This document shows, one piece after another, positions 1 to 10,505 of a stretch of DNA of 64,000 nt. Each line of letters opens with the position of its first letter. The first letter of the stretch is position 1. The translations under genes were made by a program, and so were the position numbers. The notes under the pieces are model-generated. The model was not told where the DNA came from and did not search any database. It was given only the letters and a program-made list of their open reading frames with translations. The stretch comes from Azolla caroliniana (lineage: Eukaryota > Plantae > Polypodiophyta), in the NCBI GenBank assembly GCA_043228905.1, contig JBHGNT010000022.1, positions 7,378,001 to 7,442,000 on the forward strand, read 5' to 3'.

Positions 1-213
1 GCCTCAGTGAACTCACTGTTGTACATTCCATCATAGTGATAGTTTGCAGCCTGTGGGCTGCCGTGGTTTTTTCCCTACTTTGGGGTTTTCCACATAAACC
101 TCCTGTGTACCTCGTCTCTTCTTTGTGTCGCGTTCTATTTCCCGTTTTCTGTGTATCATTCTAAGCTCGGTTGTGGTCGAGCGTTGTGCATAAGGAACGA
201 CGAGTTCCCGTCA
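1..213 (+). repeat. 5' LTR of copia A (partial)
   Basis: Near-identical to ~10293-10505 and followed directly by the Met-tRNAi PBS. Confidence 0.93.
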
Positions 214-243
214 AGTGGTATCAGAGCGAAATCGACACAGAAA

Positions 244-1370
244 ATGGACGAATCGTTCGGCGGCATGTTCAAGCTCACCGGCTCCAACTATTCAGTGTGG
301 AAGTCGAAGATGAGGGACATGCTCGTTGTTAAAGACCTCTGGCTGCCGGTTCAGTTCGGGGACAAGAGACCGGACAAAATCGAAGCCGCGATATGGGAGG
401 TGATGCACATGAAGACAACGGCGTACATACGGTGCTTCATCGACATGAGCCTGTACAACAACTTCAATGAAGAGAGCAAGGCTCATGAGCTCTGGGAGAA
501 GATCGGCATAATGTTTCAAAACAAAAATGCTGTTAATCAGGTTTCGGTATTCCAGAAGCTAGTAAGACTCCGGTACCAAGATGGCTCCAGCATGGCGGAG
601 CACATGAATGCCTTCCAGGGGCTGATCTACCAGGCAACTTCATTGGAAGTACCTCTCGCCGATGAGGTACTAGCGCTACTCCTGCTCGATTCCCTCCCGG
701 ATAGCTGGGAGACGTTGGTTGTCACTTTGGGCAACGCTGGGCCGGAAGGAAAACAGTTATCCCTAGCAAGAGTAAAGTCGAGCTTGCTAGATGAGGAGGC
801 GCGTCGGAAAGATAAAGATACGAGCTCCGACTCGAAAGTGCTCCTTACTGAATCGGAATGCGGAAGACAGAGAAACCGTAGTCCCCAGAACCGGGAGAAG
901 TCGGGGACACGGTCAAAGTCAAGGGGGAGGCCCACTTGCTTCTATTGCGGCAAGCCGGGTCACTTCCAAAAGAACTGTCGGCATTTCCGTAAAGACAAGG
1001 AAACCGACGGTACCAATTCGAAGCGGACCCCGGACCGGAACGGTAAAGACCGGAGGCGGCCGGACCGGAAGGGAACGATGGCAATCGCGGCAAGTGAAGA
1101 AGAGTTGATGCTCATCACCGAGGAGAGTGAGATAAACCTTGCCGGAGACAAGACGACCTGGGTGGTAGACTCCGGAGCGTCGTTCCACCTATCCCCGGAC
1201 CGAAAATGCTTCTCATCCTACTTAGCCGGTGATCATTGTTGTGTTCGGATGGGGAATGAAGGTACATGCCGAATTATCGGCATAGGAGACGTGTGGCTGT
1301 CGACACCAACCGGATGCAAGTTGCTACTGAGGGATGTCTGACACGTTCCGGAGGTTCGACTGAACCTGAT
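244..1370 (+). pseudogene. Copia A gag-pol N-terminal part (gag, CCHC zinc knuckle, aspartic protease)
   Basis: ATG at 244 (MDESFGG); CFYCGKPGHFQKNC; VVDSGAS. Premature TGA at 1339-1341 where element C has CGA. The frame resumes at 6839 after the insertion (NLI|SAG). Confidence 0.92.
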
Positions 1371-2062
1371 TGTTGGGATTACGGTCCCTCCGGATGGGAT
1401 GGTCGGATGTCCGGGAATCGGATGATGAATACCCCGGCTACGGAGCCGGATGATGAAGACCCCGACTACGGAGCCGGATGATGAAGACCCCGACTACGGA
1501 GCCGGATGCTGAAGACCCCGACTACGGAGCCGGATGCTGAAGACTCCGGCTACGGAGCCGGATGCTGAAGACCCCGGCTACGGAGCCGGATGACGAATGT
1601 ACCCGGAGAGAGATCCGGATGTGGGGACATATTTGTGAATATGTTTGCCAAGAGCCCTTGAGGCTATATTTGTAAATAGCCCGAAAGTCATATGTGTATA
1701 AATATGACTTAGGGCAAACAGTTTTTTTTTGTTGCTCATTTTTATGTTTTCAGCCGAGAGAGCAAAGTGAGAGCAGCCGAGAGAGAGGGAGAGAAAGGAA
1801 GAGGTCGACATCTCTGTGTATCACCGCCGCCTGTGGCGAAGACAGTGAGCTCAAGGTCTTTGCCTTGTAGCTTCACCATTGTACACCTCTGTTTATAGTG
1901 ATAGTTGGAGTTTGAGGACTCCCGTGGTTTTTCCCATTTAGGGTTTTCCACGTAAAACATCAAGTGTACTCCTCTCTCTATTGTCCTCGTGCACTTTGTA
2001 TTTCCCGTTTTCTGTGAGTTGATCCTATTCCTCGGTTTGTGACCGAGCGCTGTTTTGCAACA
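1371..2062 (+). repeat. 5' LTR of copia C (692 bp; six 28-bp U3 repeats)
   Basis: Direct repeat of 6170-6833; repeat unit GGATGMTGAAGACCCCGRCTACGGAGCC. Confidence 0.95.
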
Positions 2063-2093
2063 ATTTGGTATCAGAGCAACGGTAACACAGAAA

Positions 2094-5000
2094 ATGGAAG
2101 GCGGCGGTAGTGGGCCTCCGGGCATGATGGTGTTGAACTCACAGAACTACGCCGACTGGAAGATAAAGATGGAAGACCTTCTCATCGTCCGAGACCTGTA
2201 TGAACCGATCGACAATGCCGAGATACCCAAGGGGGTAATAGAGTCGGAGTGGAAGCTCCTGAACCGGAAAGCCGTAGCGACGATCCGGCAATATGTCGAT
2301 GTAAGCGTTCTACAACATGTGGCGAACGACACCAACGCATATGAGATGTGGAAGAAGCTGTCGAGCCTCTACGAGAGGAAGAATGCGTTGAACCGGACCT
2401 CCCTGATGAGGAAGATAGTGAACCTCAAGTACCGGGACGGCGAGAATATGGTGGAACACGTGAGCACGTTCATGGGATTCGTGAACCAGCTTGCGGCGAT
2501 CAAGTTCCCGTTGGAGGATGCAATGCAAGCCATCATTCTGATGTGTACATTGCCGGAAAGCTGGGAGAACTCGGTGGTGACTCTCAGCACCTCCTGCACC
2601 GAAGATAACTTGTCTCTACAAACGGTAAAGACAAGCATTTTGAACGAAGAAGCGCGTCGAAGAGATAAAGAACCGGTTTCCGATCCGAAGATGCTGCTTA
2701 CCGAATCGGATCGGGGAAGACAATGGAACCGGAGTCCGCAAAGACGGGAGAAGTCGGGGACCCGGTCGCAGTCAAGAGGAAGGCCCACATGCTTCCACTG
2801 TGGGAAGCTTCCGGAAGAATTGTCGGCATTACCGAAAGGACAACGGAGCCGACGACACCGATTCGAAGAAGTCACCGGAGAGAAACGGTGCATACCGGGG
2901 AGCCACGGACCGGAGAGGTCCGGATCGGCGAGGGCAGGACCGGAAAGGAACGACGGCACTCGCGGCAAGTGAAGAAGAGATAATGCTCATTACCAAAGAG
3001 AGGGAGCTGAACCTTGCCGGTGTAGAGATGGCCTGGGTGGTCGATTCCGGAGCGTCGTTCCACCTGACCCCGGAGAAGAAATACTTCTCATCCTACACAG
3101 CCGGTGAGCACGGCTGTGTCCGGATGGGAAATGAAGGCACATGCCAGATTGTCGGCATAGGAGACGTGTGGCTGATGACATCAACCGGATGCAAGATGCT
3201 GCTGAAGGATGTTCGACACGTTCCGGAGGTCCGATTGAACCTGATCTCGGCCGGGAGGCTAGATGATGAAGGCTACACGGGTAGCATCCGGAACGGTGTC
3301 ATGAAGTTCAGCAAAGGGAGCCTAATAGTGGCTCGGGCCCGGAAGGTCAATACACTGTACCTGATGAATTCCCGGCTATGTCCGGAGGAGCTGAACGTGG
3401 CAGCCGACACTGCCGGTGAGCTGTGGCACAAGAGACTGTGCCACATGAGTGAGAAGGGGATGAAGAGGCTTGCCGATGACAACCTGATACCGGTAAAGCA
3501 CGTACACCTGGGGAAGTGTACCGACTGTCTGGCCGGTAAGCAAAACCGGACCTCCTTCCACTCAAGGCCACCGACGAGACGTAGCGCACCATTGGAGTTG
3601 GTACACACTGATGTGTGTCAAGTAGAAGCGAAGTCACATGGCGGAGCTCAGTACTTCGTAACATTCATAGATGACCATAGCCGGAAGCTGTGGACGTCAC
3701 CGTTGAAGACAAAGGACCAAGTATTGTCCGTCTTCACAGAACTCCACGCGAGAGTGGAAAGAGAATCCGGCAAGAAGCTGAAAGCGATACGAGCGGATAA
3801 CGGAGGGGAATACCGGGGGCAGTTCGCAGAGTACTGTCGCTCGAAGGGAATCCGGCTCGAGTTTACTGTGCCGAAGACGCCGGAACTGAATGGGCTGGCC
3901 GAGAGGATGAACCGGACCATAATGGAGAGGGTCCGGAGTATGCTAGCACATGCGAAATTACCCAAGGGATTTTGGGCTGAGGCAATGTCGACGGCGACGT
4001 ATGTGATAAATAGATCACCCTCAGTACCTTTGGACGGAGACACGCCGCAGAAAGTGTGGACCGGTAAGGAAGTGTCCTACCGGCATCTGAAGGTGTTCGG
4101 GTGTCTCGCATACGTGCATGTGGCAAAGGACCAGAGAGGAAAGTTAGATCCAAAGACTCGGCCATGCATATTCCTCGGTTACGGCGACGACGAGTTCGGC
4201 TACCGAGTATGGGACCCGGTCGACAAGAAGATATTCAGGAGTCGAGATATCATCTTCATGGAGGACAAGACACTCACCGACTGGGAGTCGGAGAAGAAGA
4301 TGAAGAGCTCCAAGTCGACTGGTGAGGATCAACTCTACGAAGAGCAGTCCCGACCGGCAAGGGACCGGTTAGCACTCGAGGATCCGGCCGAAGACGGTGA
4401 AGAAACAGAACCGGCCGAGGAAGATGAAACTGATACCGGAACCGGCCCCGATCCCGAAATGGATTCGGATGAAGAGGAAACGGAGGAGCCGGTTACCGAA
4501 GCTCCGGAACGGAGATATCCTCTAAGAGAGAGAAGGGCCCCCCGGAGATTTCCGGAACCAGAGCACGTGCTGCTAACCGACGAGGGGGAGCCGGAGAGCT
4601 TTGAAGAAGCAAAACTTGACACCCATAGCCGCAGGTGGTTAAGTGCCATGCAGGAGGAGATGGATTCCCTGCATGAGAACCACACATATGAACTTGTGGA
4701 GTTGCCGAAAGGAAAGCGGGCTCTTCGAAACAAGTGGGTGTTCAAGCTGAAACCGGGAGATGTCGGAAACCCCCCGAGATACAAAGCCAGGATCGTAGTG
4801 AAGGGGTTCCAGTAGAAGAAGGGCGTCGACTTCGACGAGATATTTGCCCCGGTAGTGAAGATGACCTCCATCCGGACGGTGCTGAGCATAGCGGCAAGCG
4901 TGGACCTCGAGGTAGAACAGATGGACGTGAAGACGGCATTCCTTCACGGTGACCTCGAAGAAGAGATCTACATGCAGCAACCGGAAGGATTCGAGAAGAA

Positions 5001-6159
5001 AGGGAAGGAGCACCTGGTATGCCGGTTGAAGAAGAGCCTTTACGGACTGAAGCAAGCTCCCCGGCAATGGTACCGGAAGTTCGACTCCTTCATGACCGAC
5101 GTAGGCTACCACAAAACGCAGTCCGATCACTGCGTGTTTGTGAAGAAGTTCGAAGGAGGAGACTTTCTAATACACCTCCTGTACGTGGACGACATGTTGA
5201 TCGTCGGACGGGACCAGGCCAAGATACGGATGCTGAAGAAAGCGCTTCACCGAACTTTCTCAATGAAGGACCTGGGTCCGACGAGGCAAATACTAGGGAT
5301 GCACATCATCCGGAACCGGAAGAAGAAGCAGTTGTGGCTGTCACAGGAGAAGTACGTGACAAAGGTGCTTCACCGGTTCAACATGACGGAAGCAAGACCG
5401 GTCGGGTCAACCCTCCCGGCAAACTGCAAGTTGTCCAGCAAGCAAAGCCCCAAGACAAAGGCTAAGAAGGAGGACATGATGAAAGTACCATATGCCTCTA
5501 CCGTCGGAAGCTTGATGTACGCAATGGTGTGTACAAGACCGGACATAGGATACGCAGTCGGAGTGGTGAGCCGGTACATGAGCAATCCCGGCAAAGAGCA
5601 CTGGAACGCGGTCAAGTGGATACTCCGATACCTGAAGGGCACGGCAAACGTGTGCCTCCGATTCGGCTCCGGTAAGCCCGAACTCGATGGCTTTACCGAT
5701 TCGGATATGTCGGCTGATGCAGATACCAGCCGGTCCACATCAGGGTATGTGATGACGTATGCAGGGGGAGCTGTTTCGTGGCAGTCGAGGCTGCAGAAGA
5801 CGGTTGCGTTGTCAACCACGGAGGCGGAGTACATGGCGGTTGTTGAAGCCGGCAAGGAAATAATATGGATGAAGGACTTCATTAGAGAGCTCGGTATCCG
5901 GCAGGAGGAGTACCGACTCTACTGCGACAGTCAGAGTGCCATCCACCTTGCGAAGAATGCGGCCTATCACTCCTGGACGAAGCACATCCAGCGTAGATAC
6001 CACTGGATCCGGGAAAGGATAGAAGACAAGGAGTTCATGCTGACGAAGATCCACACGGACGAGAACGGGTCGGATATGCTGACCAAGGTACTCACACCCG
6101 ACAAGCTGGAAGCATGCCGGAAAAGGATCGGATTGGAGAGACATCCCATGCCGAAGTGA
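2094..6159 (+). pseudogene. Copia C gag-pol polyprotein, disrupted by one frameshift and one stop
   Basis: ORFs 2055-2972, 2800-4815 and 4855-6159 carry gag, DSGAS protease, integrase, YVDD RT and RNase H. An ~8-nt deletion at ~2808 falls in the zinc knuckle. TAG at 4813-4815 corresponds to CAG in A. Confidence 0.93.
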
Positions 6160-6169
6160 AGGGGGAGTT

Positions 6170-6833
6170 TGTTGGGATTACGGTCCCTCCGGATGGGATG
6201 GTCGGATGTCCGGGAATCGGATGATGAATACCCCGGCTACGGAGCCGGATGATGAAGACCCCGGTTACGGAGCCGGATGCTGAAGACCCCGGCTACGGAG
6301 CCGAATGATGAAGACCCCGGCTACGGAGCCGGATGCTGAAGACCCCGGCTACGGAGCCGGATGACGAATGTACCCGGAGAGAGATCCGGATGCGGGGACA
6401 TATTTGTGAATATGTTTGCCAAGAGCCCTTGAGGCTATATTTGTAAATAGCCCGAAAGTCATATGTGTATAAATATGACTTAGGGCAAACAGTTTTTTTT
6501 TGTTGCTCATTTTTATGTTTTCAGCCGAGAGAGCAAAGTGAGAGCAGCCGAGAGAGAGGGAGAGAAAGGAAGAGGTCGACATCTCTGTGTATCACCGCCG
6601 CCTGTGGCGAAGACAGTGAGCTCAAGGTCTTTGCCTTGTAGCTTCACCATTGTACACCTCTGTTTATAGTGATAGTTGGAGTTTGAGGACTCCCGTGGTT
6701 TTTCCCATTTAGGGTTTTCCACGTAAAACATCAAGTGTACTCCTCTCTCTATTGTCCTCGTGCACTTTGTATTTCCCGTTTTCTGTGAGTTGATCCTATT
6801 CCTCGGTTTGTGACCGAGCACTGTTTTGCAACA
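6170..6833 (+). repeat. 3' LTR of copia C (664 bp; five 28-bp repeats)
   Basis: Follows the PPT and matches 1371-2062. Confidence 0.95.
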
Positions 6834-6838
6834 CTGAT

Positions 6839-9741
6839 ATCAGCCGGTCAGCTAGATGATGAGGGCTACACGGGTAGCATCCGGAACGGTGTCATGAAGT
6901 TCAGCAAAGGGAGCATGATTGTGGCTCGGGCCCGGAAGGTAAACACATTGTACCTGATGAATGCCCGGTTATGCCCGGAAGAAATGAACGTGGCATCCGA
7001 CACTGCCGGTGAGCTGTGGCACAAGAGGCTATGTCATATAAGCGAGAAGGGGATGAAGAGGCTTGCAGACGACAACCTCATTCCAGTGAAGAACGTGCAC
7101 TTAGAGAAGTGCACTGATTGTCTAGCCGGTAAGCAGAACCGGACCTCCTTCCAACCAAGGCCACCGATGAGACGTAATGCACCACTGGAGTTGGTGCATA
7201 CGGATGTGTGTCAAGTAGACACGAAGTCTCATGCCGGAGCGCAGTACTTCGTGACGTTCATAGATGACCACAGCCGGAAGCTGTGGGCCACACCGTTGAA
7301 AACGAAGGATCAGGTGTTATCCGTCTTCAAAGAGCTCCACGCGAGAGTGGAAAGAGAAACCGGACGGAAGTTGAAGGCGGTACGAGCAGATAACGGAGGA
7401 GAGTACCGGGGGCAGTTCGAGGAGTACTGCCGCTCGAAGGGAATCCGGCTCGAATTTACCATTCCGAAGACGCCGGAACTAAACGGATTGGGCGATAGGA
7501 TGAACCGGACCATAATGGAGAGGGTCCGGAGTATGTTAGCGCATGCAAAACTACCCAAGAAGTTTTGGGCTGAGGCACTGTCGACGGCGACATATGTGAT
7601 AAATAGATCACCCTCAGTACCCTTGGACGAAGACACGCCACAGAGAGTGTGGACCGGTAAGGAAGTATCCTACCGGCATCTGAAGGTGTTCGGGTGTCTC
7701 GCATACGTGCATGTAGCTAAGGACCGGAGAGGAAAGTTAGATCCAAAGACCCGGCCATGCATATTCCTCGGTTACGGTGACGATGAGTTCGGCTACCGAG
7801 TGTGGGACCCGATCAACAAGAAGGTATTCCGGAGTCGAGATATTATCTTCATGGAGGACAAGACACTCGCCGACTGGGAGTCGGAGAAGAAGATAATGAA
7901 CTCCGAGTCGACCGGTAAGGATCGACTCTATGATGAGCAGACCCAACCGGCGAGAGACTGGTTAGCACTCGAAGAACCAGCCGGATACGGTGAGGATACC
8001 GAACCAGCAGAAGAAGAAGTAGAGGAAGCTGAGACCGGAATCGGCCTAAACCCCGAATCGGATTCGGATGAAGAGCAAATGGAGGAGCCAGTTACCGAAG
8101 CTCGAAGACGGAGAAGGGCCCCCCAGAGATTTCCGGATGCAGAGCATGTTCGGCTGACCGATGAGGGAGAGCCGGAAAGCTTCGAAGAAATGAAGGAAGA
8201 CATCCACAGCCGAAAATGGTCAAGTGCCATGCAAGATGAGATGGATTCCCTGCATGAGAACCATACGTACGAATTGGTGGAGTTGCCGAAAGGAAAGCGG
8301 GCACTCCGAAACAAGTGGGTGTACAAGTTGAAACCGGGAGATGCCGGAAAACCCCCGAGATACAAAGCCAGGATCGTGGTGAAGGGGTTCCAGCAGAAGA
8401 AGGGCGTGGACTTCGACGAGATATTTGCCCCGGTAGTAAAGATGACCTCCATCCAGACGGTGCTAAGTATAGCAGCAAGCATGGACCTTGAGGTAGAGCA
8501 ACTGGACGTGAAGACGGCATTCCTTCACGGCGACCTCGAAGAGGAGATCTACATGCAGCAACCGGAAGGATTTGTGGAGAAAGGGAAGGAGCACCTGGTA
8601 TGCCGGCTGAAGAAGAGCCTGTACGGACTAAAGCAGGCTCCCCGACAATGGTACCGGAAGTTCGATTCCTTCATGACCAATCAAGGGTACCACAAGACGC
8701 AGGCCGATCACTGCGTGTTTGTGAAGAAGTTCGAAGGAGGCGACTTCTTGATACTCCTTCTGTACGTGGATGACATGTTGATCGTCGGACGTGACCAAGT
8801 CAAAATACGGGTGCTGAAGAAGGCTGTCAACCGGACCTTCTTAATGAAAGACTTGGGTCCGGCAAGACAGATGTTGGGGATGCACATCATCCGGAACCGG
8901 TCAGCGAAGCAATTATGGCTGTCACAGGAGAAGTATGTGACAAAGGTGCTTCACCGGTTCAACATGTCAGAAGCGAAACCGGTCGGATCGACACTTCCGG
9001 CAAACTGCAGGCTATCCGGCAAGCAAAGCCCGAAGACGAAAGCAGAGAAGGCAGATATGATGAAGATTCCATATGCCTCTGCCGTCAGGAGCTTGATGTA
9101 CTCAATGGTTTTGTACTCGACCGGATATAGGATACGCAGTCGGAGTGGTGAGCCAGTTCATGAGTAATCCCGGCAAGGAGCACTAGAACGCGGTCAAATG
9201 GATACCCCGGTATTTGAAGGGCACTTCAAATATGTGTCTCCGATTCGGCTCCGAAAAACCTCAACTGGACGGTTTCACCGATTCGGACATGTCGGCTGAT
9301 GTGGATACCAGTCGGTCTACATCCGGGTATGTAATGACATATGCAGGGGGAGTTGTTTCGTGGCAGTCGAGGCTACAGAAGACAGTTGCATTGTCAACCA
9401 CAGAGGCGGAGTACATGGCGGCTGTGGAAGACGGCAAGGAAATATTATGGATGAAGGACTTCATTGGAGAGCTCGGTATCCGGCAAGAGGAATACCGACT
9501 CTATTGCGATAGTCAAAGTGCCATCCACCTTGCTAAGAATGCGGCCTACCATTCCCGGACGAAGCATATCCAGGGGAGGTATCACTGGATCCGGGAAAGA
9601 GTAGATGACCAGGAGTTCACACTGACGAAGATTCACACGGCCAAGAACGGGTCAGATATGTTGACCAAAGTGCTGACACATGACAAGCTGAGCGCATGCC
9701 GGAAGAGGATCGGACTGGTAAGACACCCCATGCCGGAGTGA
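6839..9741 (+). pseudogene. Copia A pol C-terminal part (integrase, RT, RNase H)
   Basis: ORFs 6810-9167 and 9214-9741; YVDD present; +1 frameshift near 9110 and TAG near 9184; highly similar to C pol. Confidence 0.93.
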
Positions 9742-9751
9742 AGGGGGAGTT

Positions 9752-10505
9752 TGTTGGGAGACAGGTCCCTCCGGATGGGAAGGGAGAAGAACAGTGTTGA
9801 TGAACAATTTCGGCCGAGGCCGAAACCGGATGAGGAGTACCCGTCTACGGAGAGCCGGATGGTGCAGACCCGGTATGAACCGGATAAGGAGTACCCAGCT
9901 ACGGAGAGCCGGATGATGCAGTACCCGGTATGAACCGGATAAGGAATACTCGACTACGGAGAGCCGGATGGTGCAGACCCGGTATGAACCGGATGAGGAG
10001 TACCCGGCTACGGAGAGCCGGATGGTGCAGACCCGGTATGAACCGGATGAGGAAATATATTGGTAAATATGTTTCTGAGAGTCCATCGAAGTTGTATTTG
10101 TAAATAGCCGAAAAGTCATATTAGTATAAATATTACTTAGGGCAAACTTTTAGATAAGTGGTTGTTGTCATTCTTGTTAGTGCAAGAATAGAGTGTGTGC
10201 GTAACTGTACAGAGAGAGAGAGAGAGAGAAAGAGGTTGTTGCCTCTGTTGTAACCGCCGCCTGTGGCGAGGATCTGTGAGCACGAGGTTGGTGCCTCAGT
10301 GAACTCACTGTTGTACATTCCATCATAGTGATAGTTTGCAGCCTGTGGGCTGCCGTGGTTTTTTCCCTAGTTTGGGGTTTTCCACGTAAACCTCCTGTGT
10401 ACCTCGTCTCTTCTTTGTGTCGTGTTCTATTTCCCGTTTTCTGTGTATCATTCTAAGCTCGGTTGTGGTCGAGCGTTGCGCATAAGGAACGACAAGTTCC
10501 CGTCA
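9752..10505 (+). repeat. 3' LTR of copia A (754 bp; ~4 x 54-bp U3 repeats at 9826-10050)
   Basis: TGTTG start after the PPT. CCGGA unit starts at 9826, 9880, 9935, 9989 and 10043. Confidence 0.93.

Larger units (their letters stand above)
1371..6833 (+). mobile_element. Ty1/copia LTR retrotransposon C, full length, nested in A
   Basis: TG...CA LTRs at 1371-2062 and 6170-6833. 5-bp TSD CTGAT at 1366-1370 and 6834-6838. PBS at 2066-2077; PPT at 6158-6167. Confidence 0.97.
1..10505 (+). mobile_element. Ty1/copia LTR retrotransposon A (5' LTR truncated by window edge), interrupted by nested element C at 1371-6833
   Basis: Bases 1-213 match the distal part of LTR 9752-10505, and both end CCCGTCA. 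PBS TGGTATCAGAGC at 216-227; PPT GAAGGGGGAG just before 9752. Domain order is gag-PR-IN-RT-RH. Confidence 0.95.

Noticed and set aside
151-243. N-terminal extension of ORF 151-1341, and similar extensions at 2055 and 6810
   Set aside because: These are non-ATG starts inside LTR/PBS sequence; the real starts are at 244 and 2094, and 6810 is a fusion across an insertion junction.
1420-1590. 28-bp repeats resembling a CRISPR array (also 6219-6360, 9826-10050, 10621-10740, 33691-33905)
   Set aside because: The units are head-to-tail with no unique spacers, lie inside retroelements, and there are no cas genes in this eukaryotic context.
2790-4860. Programmed frameshift at ~2808 or stop readthrough at TAG 4813 in copia C
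   Set aside because: Sister element A is in frame at both sites (CCGGGTCAC retained; CAG), so these are ordinary lesions.
292-10119. Many antisense or overlapping ORFs over the copia elements (also 59752-63526)
   Set aside because: They are shadow ORFs of GC-rich coding sequence with no recognisable domains.
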